Shown here: positions 48,454 to 56,845 of the stretch, piece after piece
Layout of the letters: each line of letters starts with the position of its first letter
Numbering within the stretch: position 1 is the first letter of the stretch
Source of the DNA: Nitrospirales bacterium
Lineage (GTDB): Bacteria; Nitrospirota; Nitrospiria; Nitrospirales; UBA8639
Direction: 5' to 3'
NCBI GenBank assembly: GCA_029261235.1
Contig: JAJDBS010000005.1
Location: forward strand, 16,871 to 80,870
Length of the DNA: 64,000 nt
Program-made: the position numbers and the translations under genes
Notes under the pieces: generated by a model
Database searches by the model: none
Told to the model about the DNA's origin: nothing
Seen by the model: the letters and a program-made list of their open reading frames with translations, nothing else

Positions 48454-49866
48454 TCAGCTCTTTGGAACATGCACGACAGCAACGTCATCACGATATAACT
48501 CAACCCAGTCAGGCTCTTTATTTAAAATCCTGACAGCGTTCTCATTAGCGCCAAAAATAGTCCATTCGATCTTATATTCCTGAAGTAAATCGCTCAGGTT
48601 CGGAGATGCATCCGCGAGGTTTGATGCCGAAAAAGTCTTATCCATGAACGCGTCACCATAGAGATCTGCACGGCTATCAAAAAATACTGGAACTTTTTCA
48701 AAGATCAAATAGCCACCAAAGTCATAAGAATTGAGAACTGGCTTGTTGGAAAGGCCCGCTTTTTGTACAGCAGCAAGAGCTGCCACAGGGCTCGTGAGTC
48801 TTGATGGAGCAACGTCTCGTGCTGCAAGCATTGCGATAGAGCCGATGAATGCGAAACCGCAAATTGTAGCAATTTTGACGTGCACGTTTATCCGAGACGA
48901 ACCAGAAGAGGCTGGACATGGCGCATCAGACCATTGTTTTGCGATCACCGGGACCACCAACATTGAGGCAATAAACAAGAGGTATTCCGCCATACGAAGA
49001 TGTAACAACGTAAGATATAACAACCCTAGAAAGATGAGTAGACGAAAGAATGGAAGCTGAATTCCTCGGAACAAAAGGACAGCTAATACACACATCACCC
49101 AGCTTTCAACTACGCCTGGCTTGCTAAAATTCAAAGGCTGCCATTCAGTGATCCAGGGTAAGGTCCTTTCCATGCCGCCAAGCTGGAATGGGTAGAAAAA
49201 ACCTTGAATGCCATAAGGTGTGGCGAGAGAGGCCAGCGTGGCCACAGCCAAAAACAGTCCCCATCTTTTCACAACGACGAAACGGCCCGCGTTATCTTGC
49301 TCATCAAAGAAAGCCTCCGCAGCCAACAAACCTGCGACGCCCAACCCGATGGGAAAACTGCCATGCATATTTGCCCAGGGAATCATTAATAAAGCGACTA
49401 AGAAACTGGGCGCCTTACGCGCACTTCGCGCAAACGTAACCAGCACTACCCAGAGCATCAAAACCGGCATAACCAATACATGAGGCCGGGCGAGGATATG
49501 TGGGCTAAAGGCAACAAGAGCTGCAAGTGAAATTACGATAACGTAGAAATTTCTGAGATATTTCGACGATCCCCATGCGAGAATACCAACCGTAAGGCCA
49601 ATCATTGCACTCGTAAAAATGACGACACCTTTCCACCCCCATACAGCGTGCAATAGTGCAAGCATCACACCGGACAACCATTCATGGGCATGCCAATCAG
49701 CTCCGAGAATCGTGTGGGAAAACGGGTCCGAACTGGGCACGCTACCGTGTTCCAGCACCCAACGTCCTGTTGCGATATGCCAGTATGTATCGGGATCATT
49801 TAATAGCTCCCCGCCGAGCAGTGCTAACAACACAAAAACCGAGGCGCCGATGATTACGGGTATCAA
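48454..49866 (-). CDS. Uncharacterised GT-C-like polytopic membrane protein (DPDTxWH family)
   Basis: NDPDTYWHIATGRW, DPFSHT..WHAHEWL, ARPH, WANMHGSF, ITEWQP, NSYDFGGYL..VFFDSRADLY. Confidence 0.7.
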   Translation of the reverse strand: MIPVIIGASVFVLLALLGGELLNDPDTYWHIATGRWVLEHGSVPSSDPFSHTILGADWHAHEWLSGVMLALLHAVWGWKGVVIFTSAMIGLTVGILAWGSSKYLRNFYVIVISLAALVAFSPHILARPHVLVMPVLMLWVVLVTFARSARKAPSFLVALLMIPWANMHGSFPIGLGVAGLLAAEAFFDEQDNAGRFVVVKRWGLFLAVATLASLATPYGIQGFFYPFQLGGMERTLPWITEWQPLNFSKPGVVESWVMCVLAVLLFRGIQLPFFRLLIFLGLLYLTLLHLRMAEYLLFIASMLVVPVIAKQWSDAPCPASSGSSRINVHVKIATICGFAFIGSIAMLAARDVAPSRLTSPVAALAAVQKAGLSNKPVLNSYDFGGYLIFEKVPVFFDSRADLYGDAFMDKTFSASNLADASPNLSDLLQEYKIEWTIFGANENAVRILNKEPDWVELYRDDVAVVHVPKS

Positions 49867-50134
49867 TTGTGATTGTTTCTGGAAGATAGATTGTTGATGA
49901 ATCTTGGCAACTTTAACGTAGGCGTTTTGCTTGTCAACTCGGGCTTACGGTGCACCAGGGTCTATGAACCGATCTCATCAATCTGCTGTGCAGCTGCCCT
50001 CATTAACTGGAATGACTGACGCGCCTCCATCCTCTTGGAAAAGAAGTAAATTCAGGATGATTATTACGCCAAGGATGATCAAAGGTGACTACCAAGAAAT
50101 CTCACGCATAGCTCACAACAGCGGAGTAGCCATT

Positions 50135-50869
50135 TTAAGAAGATCGTCGCGCCAGAAGAAGAAGGGAAAGCCCCACTGGAAGGGGACAGTTTTTGATAAC
50201 GTGCCGTTCGGAAGAAAACGAGCATGTCAATAATTGATTAATAGGTCCAGGTAAGGCCATTTGCTCATTCAATTCATTAAGTCCGAGGATATTTTTCATC
50301 AGCCGTATACTGGCTGCCAACGGAAACAAAAGAGTGTTGAAGTACGTGACGATAACACGAGAGAATCCTGCTTCTTGAACGATTCGTTGAAGTTGTGTTT
50401 TGTTATATCGTCTTTTGTGATGATGGTCCTCATCATGAGTACTCCAGAGAAAGGAGAAGGCTGGGACGGTAATGAGTAGCCACCCCTTCGGCCGTAGAAA
50501 ATTGCGAAGAGAATGGAGACTCGTAAGATCATCAGATACATGTTCAAGGATATCGAGAGCTGAAATAAGATCAAACGTTTGAGGATCAAAGGGAATGTCG
50601 TGAGGCAGGCTTCCCCTACGTATTTCAAAGTCACCCTTCTGACTGGCTAGCTGTCGAGCTTGATCATTAGGTTCTATTGCAGAAACCCGTCCAAATTGTG
50701 AAAGCATTGATAAATTGCCGCCAGTGCCACATCCAACTTCCAGAATCTGACATTTGCTTGGAAGATCCGCATAAGTCATGAGTACTTCCGTGAGTATCCG
50801 CCGTCGACCGACAAACCACCAGTGGTTTGTTTCCATCGCCGCCATTTGAGTGTAGATGTGAGACTTCAT
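50135..50869 (-). CDS. Class I SAM-dependent methyltransferase
   Basis: HWWFVGRR, LEVGCGTG, LDILEH, TVPAF..LWSTHD...HKRRY; overlaps the GT2 stop. Confidence 0.88.
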   Translation of the reverse strand: MKSHIYTQMAAMETNHWWFVGRRRILTEVLMTYADLPSKCQILEVGCGTGGNLSMLSQFGRVSAIEPNDQARQLASQKGDFEIRRGSLPHDIPFDPQTFDLISALDILEHVSDDLTSLHSLRNFLRPKGWLLITVPAFSFLWSTHDEDHHHKRRYNKTQLQRIVQEAGFSRVIVTYFNTLLFPLAASIRLMKNILGLNELNEQMALPGPINQLLTCSFSSERHVIKNCPLPVGLSLLLLARRSS

Positions 50870-51951
50870 TGCATGTGTTTCTGTACAGTAGATTGAATCC
50901 CATACGTGTCGCGAAGCACATACAATGGCCGCCCTTTCACTTCCATGAACATTCTTCCTAAATATTCCCCGAGTACTCCTAAAGTAAAAAGATTCAATCC
51001 TCCCAGAAACAGCATGGTCACCATGAGTGAGGCATAGCCGGGTACATCAATGCCTGCAACGACCGTGCGAATCGTCAGGAACACACCATAGCTCAGGGCC
51101 AAGAAAGAAACCGCGAGACCGACATATGTCCACACTCGAAGTGGAACGATGCTAAAGGATGTGATGCCATCCAACGCGAGTTTCCACAGCCCTCGAATAT
51201 TCCATTTCGTTTTTCCTTTAGCCCGCGAGTGGCGATCATAGTCTACGCCGATTTGACGAAATCCCACCCATGTGAATAATCCTTTCATAAAACGAGTTCG
51301 TTCTGGGAGTTCGTCAAGTGCGTGTATGACTCGTCGATCCATGAGACGAAAATCTCCGGTATCCTTGGGAATTTTTGTTTCCGCGAGTTGGTTAAATAAT
51401 CGAAAAAAACCAAATGCGGTCAGCCGCTTCATCCACGGATCTGCGTGTCGATCGCGTCGGATGCCATAGACAACATCATACCCTTCTAGCCATTTCTGGA
51501 ACAGATCTGGCAAGAGTTCTGGAGGATCTTGGAGATCGACATCCATGGGGACCACTGCCGCTCCAGTCGAATAATGTAGGCCAGCACACATGGCACTTTC
51601 CTTGCCAAAATTCCTAGAGAGGCTAATGATCTTTATCCGAGGATTGCGATCTCGGTGTTGAAGAAGTCTATCAACCGTATCATCTGAGCTTCCGTCATCG
51701 ACAAAAATGAATTCATAACTCCCCCCCAAGGGGCTAATAAGATCCTGCAGGACCCGTTCTGTTCGATCAAGGAAAACATCAATGTTCTCAGCCTCGTTAT
51801 ATAAGGGCACGACAATCGATAGGGTAACTCCATAGTCCTGGTTCAATATACATGCACGCCCAGATTGGAATGCAGGCAACGGCTTTAAGGTAGAGTCAAC
51901 GGAATGATCGCTGGCAATAGACATAACGACTCTGGGGCGTGCGTAGAGCAA
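50866..51951 (-). CDS. GtrB/YfdH-like bactoprenol-phosphate glycosyltransferase (GT2)
   Basis: SIVVPLYNE, VDDGSSD, LSRNFGKE, MDVDLQDPP, GDFRLMDR, two C-terminal TMs, GEYLGR...RPLY. Confidence 0.92.
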   Translation of the reverse strand: MLYARPRVVMSIASDHSVDSTLKPLPAFQSGRACILNQDYGVTLSIVVPLYNEAENIDVFLDRTERVLQDLISPLGGSYEFIFVDDGSSDDTVDRLLQHRDRNPRIKIISLSRNFGKESAMCAGLHYSTGAAVVPMDVDLQDPPELLPDLFQKWLEGYDVVYGIRRDRHADPWMKRLTAFGFFRLFNQLAETKIPKDTGDFRLMDRRVIHALDELPERTRFMKGLFTWVGFRQIGVDYDRHSRAKGKTKWNIRGLWKLALDGITSFSIVPLRVWTYVGLAVSFLALSYGVFLTIRTVVAGIDVPGYASLMVTMLFLGGLNLFTLGVLGEYLGRMFMEVKGRPLYVLRDTYGIQSTVQKHMQ

Positions 51952-51980
51952 GTCTAAGGAAATAATACTATTATGAACTA

Positions 51981-52007
51981 TCTTCGGAAAATACTGGGAG
52001 TTCTTAA
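51981..52007 (-). promoter_or_regulatory. Sigma28-like promoter for the GT2-methyltransferase unit
   Basis: TTAAGAAC-N11-TCCGAAGA. Confidence 0.45.
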
Positions 52008-52110
52008 GAGATACTCTCGTTTATAAAAAGCTGCGGAATGATTCCGGCTGTTTCTCAAAATTGATAACCATCTTTCATAATCTTGAGTGAATGGTTCTCA
52101 AGGTTAGTTT

Positions 52111-52137
52111 TTAAGTATTGGCCTGGAGAACCGAACA
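52111..52137 (+). promoter_or_regulatory. Sigma28-like promoter (divergent partner)
   Basis: TTAAGTAT-N11-ACCGAACA. Confidence 0.45.
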
Positions 52138-52222
52138 GCATTGATAGGTCTATTTTATGGGAAACGGCAATCCAATCGTGAATCTCTTCAAGGAATTCTT
52201 GTGACACGAAAAATACGATTTA

Positions 52223-52612
52223 AGCATCGTGCAGGTCATCAACAGCGACCATTCCACCGTTGTGAGCAAACAAGTCTGATTGACGCATGCCGAGACCAGC
52301 GCGCTGCCCGCCCCATCTGGTCGATTTAAGTTATCTGAATAACTGATCGTGAATGAGGATCTTTTTGGAACTCGACCCTCTAAGATGATCTCAGATGGAT
52401 TGAGGGACCATTCATAGTTCCTCGGAGTGCGGCACATTGTCACCAACCTCCTCACGAAATACGTAATCCTGGCAAGCTCTCTCCACCCTCAGGAGGTAGG
52501 ATTCGTGGCCGAAGATAACCGATCCCTGGGAGCTCGATCCGAACAGGTCTCTGGAGTCGAACCCAACGCGGAAGCCTGTCGGCTTACCGTTCAAAAAGAT
52601 CGATTTATCATG
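52223..52612 (+). pseudogene. Decayed inverted paralogue of the GT2-methyltransferase unit
   Basis: DHS*FLGVRHIVTNLLTKYVILASSLHPQEVGFVAEDNRSLGARSEQVSGVEPNAEACRLTVQKDRF aligns to NHWWFVGRRRILTEVLMTYADLPSKCQILEVGCGTGGNLSMLSQFGRVSAIEPNDQARQLASQKGDF. Confidence 0.75.
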
Positions 52613-52629
52613 AACTCGAAGTTACAAGA

Positions 52630-53832
52630 TTGGCGAAGAACATGCATCAGTCTACTCAACGTTTAATGGGATTCGTCGTGGTCATCCTGCTCGCGACTCC
52701 CAGCTTGATCTACAGCTATTACGGATACGGTGTGCTGTTTCCGGTCGAAGGTGAATTCATTAATCGCAACGGAGATATCGCTGGCGGAGACTTTCTGGTT
52801 TTTTACAACGCGGCCGTCATGACGCTGGAAGGCGCAGCTTCAGCTGTGTGGGACCATTCCGCCTTTGAAGCAAGTCTTCTCAACATCTACGGAGAAAAGA
52901 TCAATCAGCTGCACTTTTTCAATCCCCCGGTCGCACTCTTGATGTGGGCACCATTCGGCCTCCTGCATCACATCCATGCTCTTTGGCTGTGGACCGCTTT
53001 GCCGCTCATCATATTGGGCTGGCTCATTTTCAGACTTACCGACAGCTGGCTCGCAGCCGGCCTGACTGTGCTCTCACCATTAACGACCTATACGGCCGTG
53101 GCCGGGCAAACCGGCATTATCTATGCCGCACTGATGGCTGGTTTCATGTTGACCTATGAGCGCCATCCGACAAAGGCCGGGAGCATTGCAGTATTGGTTG
53201 CCATCAAGCCGCATCTAGCTCTAGCAATGCCATTCTGTTTATTGATCGATCGAAACTGGCGCGCTCTTACAGCCATGGCAGCCACCGCCATTATGCTGTC
53301 GACAATTGTCAGTCTCGTCTTCGGATTCGACATTTGGCTCTCGTTCGTCGAGGGAATTCGCTATCACTCCGACTCTTTCTTCCAGGCAGCTAACCCGATA
53401 TTTGATCGCGCACCATCCTTCCTGATGTTGGCCTTGAAGTTTGGCGCAAGTAATGTGGTTGCCTGGAGCATTCAAATCCTGTGTTGCCTTGCGACTCTTC
53501 TCATGCTCACACTTACGTGGCGTTCGACTGATGATTCTTTGTACCGGGCGTTTGCACTCGCACTGTCCATTTGCCTGCTAACACCAAAAATCATGCACTA
53601 TGATGCAATGGTCCTCTTAGTCCCCATCGCCATGTTGATCCCGCGCATTGAGCGTGGCACTAGCGAGATAAGCTTGATGCTACTTGCAGTCCTGATCTGG
53701 TATCTTCCGTTTTTCGAACCAACTTTCAAGGCCCTTGACTACCATCCCGGTGCACTAGTGTTCTTTACCGGTTTGATAGTCATTACTGTAAGGTCACTGC
53801 CAGGTACCTTTGCAAAACAGTCGACCACCTAA
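52630..53832 (+). CDS. GT87 / DUF2029 membrane glycosyltransferase (GT-C)
   Basis: GGDFLVFYNAA, FFNPP..LL..PFGLL, GQTG, IKPHL, MHYD. Confidence 0.85.
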   Translation: MAKNMHQSTQRLMGFVVVILLATPSLIYSYYGYGVLFPVEGEFINRNGDIAGGDFLVFYNAAVMTLEGAASAVWDHSAFEASLLNIYGEKINQLHFFNPPVALLMWAPFGLLHHIHALWLWTALPLIILGWLIFRLTDSWLAAGLTVLSPLTTYTAVAGQTGIIYAALMAGFMLTYERHPTKAGSIAVLVAIKPHLALAMPFCLLIDRNWRALTAMAATAIMLSTIVSLVFGFDIWLSFVEGIRYHSDSFFQAANPIFDRAPSFLMLALKFGASNVVAWSIQILCCLATLLMLTLTWRSTDDSLYRAFALALSICLLTPKIMHYDAMVLLVPIAMLIPRIERGTSEISLMLLAVLIWYLPFFEPTFKALDYHPGALVFFTGLIVITVRSLPGTFAKQSTT

Positions 53833-54135
53833 TCAACATCATTCTGTCAGTCGCATCTAAATCTTCAGACAGAGATTACTCATCCAAGGGGATCGCCCAC
53901 ATCTCTTCAAACAGACTTAGCTACCAAGTCTTCACCATGTGTGCCAGAAATCGTCAAGAAAAAATGAACGAGCGAATAATATTGGAAACCGAGAAAAATG
54001 AGCTTACCTTTGCAAAGGAGTAGGCCACAAAGGACTTAGCAAGTTTACTCAGTGGCTCTCGATCAAGATGCAGCCAAATCTAAACTCACTTGGCTAATAA
54101 ATTCGAACCGGAAAATTGATACTTCGCAAGAAATG

Positions 54136-55575
54136 CTATGAAGGATTGTGGAGGAGAGCGTTGACTTCTTGGAGACGACCGTGGGCTTTAATGGCTTCGG
54201 AACTTTGTGGATGGGTGCGAACGAGTTGTTGAAAGACTGAGCGCGCAATGGAAGGATGCTTGAGTTCGAGATGCGCGTAACCAATTTTGAGAAGTGAGGC
54301 GGGCACTTTGCGACTGGAAGGATGAAACGTAAAGACTCGTTCATATTCATCAATGGCTTCTTGAAAACGTCGTTGACCGTAGTAACATTCACCCAGCCAG
54401 TACTGGCTATTGCCTGCGAGCGATGAGTCAGGGTATGTACGGAGAAATCTTGAAAAGCTTCTTGCCGCTCCCCCATAATTTTTTGCTCGCAATAACTTGA
54501 AGGCCTCTTGATAGGCTGCCCGATCATCCTGGACTTTGCTATGAATATGAGGAGGCGGCGTCACTCGAAATTTTGGTTGCGCGGCATAAGCCACGGCTGC
54601 CCCCGAAACTCCTTTCGTCACAGATCGATTGGATCCAAGCAAAGCCTCTGGGCTTCGCTTTGGAGAAGAGTCAATATTCTTTGGTAGACCAGATTGATGG
54701 AGCTTTCCTATTTGTCGTGATGACGTAGAGGTCGAAGACACCTGAGAGGATAAAGAACCCTCCGTGCTTGTTCGTTGAGAAACCGATGTGCGCTCTTGCT
54801 CGTAAGCATCCAACCGTCCACTAAATTTTGCGCTGATCTGTTCCAATGTTCCAATCACAGATTGAATATGTACTTGGACATCTTTGACGTCCGACTGCAC
54901 TTGTTGAAAATTCGAGTTATGTCGCTGTCCCAACTGATCAACATCTTGATTCAGCTTAGCCACCTGCTGATCCTGCTGAGCGACATTCTGTTGAAGCTCG
55001 GTCAAGACCTGTTGATAATCTACCATCGACGTACGAAATTCTCCGAGCTTCCCACCTTGAGCTGTCAGGAGTTGTTCTTCCGCACTGACTTGCTGCCGAA
55101 GCTCCTGCACAAGAGGTTCAAGTGCGTCATGTGAGTGCTGCACAGATGTTTCTACGGTCTGTACTTTCGTATCGAGCCTAGCCATTTTTTGATCCAGCTC
55201 ACTCACAAGATGCTGATTCTGCTCTATCGCACCACGCACCTGCGATAAATCGGTGTCCTTCAATGTCGCGACCTGGTCCATGACTTCAGCACGGGCATGT
55301 AAGAGCTCTTGAATTTCCTCACGCTGACTCGCAATCAGCGTGTTCGCTTTATCCAAAGACGTGTTGGCATCACTCACGGCCTCTTGAAGAGAGGTTTTAC
55401 TTTTGTCGAGCTGACGGATCTTCGCATCTAATTCTCGCTTAATTCTGACGACATCAGCCTGTTGCGCGACACACCCCATAACAATGGTGCTCAGACTTAA
55501 AATGATCATCATTGCACAGCAGCGCACAAACACTGTTGAAATATTTCTCATAAAGATAGTATTGCCCTTTGACAT
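54136..55575 (-). CDS. cpoB: CpoB/YbgF-like Tol-Pal protein with long coiled coil
   Basis: VMGC lipobox, coiled coil, TPRs YPDSSLAGNSQYWLGECYY, KVPASLLKIG. Confidence 0.85.
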   Translation of the reverse strand: MSKGNTIFMRNISTVFVRCCAMMIILSLSTIVMGCVAQQADVVRIKRELDAKIRQLDKSKTSLQEAVSDANTSLDKANTLIASQREEIQELLHARAEVMDQVATLKDTDLSQVRGAIEQNQHLVSELDQKMARLDTKVQTVETSVQHSHDALEPLVQELRQQVSAEEQLLTAQGGKLGEFRTSMVDYQQVLTELQQNVAQQDQQVAKLNQDVDQLGQRHNSNFQQVQSDVKDVQVHIQSVIGTLEQISAKFSGRLDAYEQERTSVSQRTSTEGSLSSQVSSTSTSSRQIGKLHQSGLPKNIDSSPKRSPEALLGSNRSVTKGVSGAAVAYAAQPKFRVTPPPHIHSKVQDDRAAYQEAFKLLRAKNYGGAARSFSRFLRTYPDSSLAGNSQYWLGECYYGQRRFQEAIDEYERVFTFHPSSRKVPASLLKIGYAHLELKHPSIARSVFQQLVRTHPQSSEAIKAHGRLQEVNALLHNPS

Positions 55576-55624
55576 TTCAACGACACCCCAAAAGAAAAAT
55601 CACACTTCACCAGATCATTCATCA

Positions 55625-56344
55625 CTAGCGCATAGCCGTAGCCGCATACGTCATCCCTAAAACCAAATGAGCTCGACGATTTTTTTGATAACAAGGTTCC
55701 GTCGAAGCCCTACAGGCGGGATTGTCTTTTCCAAATGACATAACCTGCAGCTGTTCGCCTGACACACCTAAACTCGTGAGATAGTTTTTTGTTCGAAGCG
55801 CTCGTTTCTCACCCAACACATAGTTATACGAGGACGTCCCCCGACCATCACAATGGCCTTCGATCGTGACAGCGGCCTCAGGATGAGCTTTTAACCATTC
55901 CGCATTCGCGATCAAAATGATTTTAGCCCGCTCATCTAGTTGAATACTATTAAATCCAAAGAGGACATCTTCCAACCCACTTTGTGCGGTGAATTGTTCA
56001 GCACGAGTACGATTAACCCAGTAGTCATTTGGAGCAACTTCACCTCTGCCGTCAATATTGAACTGCGGATCCTCTTGAATCACCGCTTCTTCCAGCAGAT
56101 CGGAAAATGCACCAGATTCATCAGGAAAATAACCTTCACCACCCGTTATATTTCCAGATGCACCGTTTGCAGATGCAAGACCTAAGGATGTCGGTTGCTG
56201 CATGACCATTCGAGCTTTAGTAGATTTTTTCGAATGACCTTGGCTCCCATGCGAGGTCCGGTGCCCACACCCCATTGCCAGAGTGATCATCACAAGAATA
56301 ACACCAGCAGCAAAAATTTTCATCGGTTGTAAGCAAACAATCAT
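55625..56344 (-). CDS. pal: Pal-like OmpA-family peptidoglycan-associated lipoprotein
   Basis: LAMGC lipobox; IEGHCDGRGTSSYNYVLGEKRA, SFGKDNP, KNRRA. Confidence 0.82.
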   Translation of the reverse strand: MIVCLQPMKIFAAGVILVMITLAMGCGHRTSHGSQGHSKKSTKARMVMQQPTSLGLASANGASGNITGGEGYFPDESGAFSDLLEEAVIQEDPQFNIDGRGEVAPNDYWVNRTRAEQFTAQSGLEDVLFGFNSIQLDERAKIILIANAEWLKAHPEAAVTIEGHCDGRGTSSYNYVLGEKRALRTKNYLTSLGVSGEQLQVMSFGKDNPACRASTEPCYQKNRRAHLVLGMTYAATAMR

Positions 56345-56428
56345 GGATCAATACTCCTTTTTTCCGCACAAACGTATGATCTCAACAGGATAAAACCACT
56401 AGCATCCCTATATCTTGGTGATCAAAGT

Positions 56429-56444
56429 AGCAAAAACAAGGCCA
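56429..56444 (-). promoter_or_regulatory. Sigma54-like promoter upstream of pal
   Basis: TGGCCTTGTTTTTGCT with correct GG/GC spacing. Confidence 0.55.
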
Positions 56445-56845
56445 GAATATTTCTCGCAACATTTCAACAATGATAGCCACGAAGATCAATCAACAAATAA
56501 TCCAAAAATTCCGCTCGATTGCGATGAGATTTCCAACTCACTCTGCTAAGAATTCCGTGTTGTCCCGCGTAGTTACGATGACATACGCTCTATTGTCTGT
56601 AAAAAATTACAGAAGCAGGCACGACAGAAATCACTAACTTTTCGCTATGGAATGAGGCAAATGAGAGGGAACAGAAGATGAATCATGTCCATTTCATTTG
56701 TAAGGGAGCACGCAGCATTTTCTCAACAAACGTGGCTTTTCCTCAACGTTAGAGAAAGCGTAAGGGTTGTAAAACCTGAACCTGATAATGAAATATGAAA
56801 AAACGAAATGAAGAAGAAATCTGAGAAGAGGATGGCAGGTCTGTT

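Noticed and set aside
43005-53832. Conventional O-antigen or capsule cluster
   Set aside because: No flippase, polymerase, chain-length regulator, ABC exporter or nucleotide-sugar synthesis genes recognised; LPS side-chain modification cannot be fully excluded
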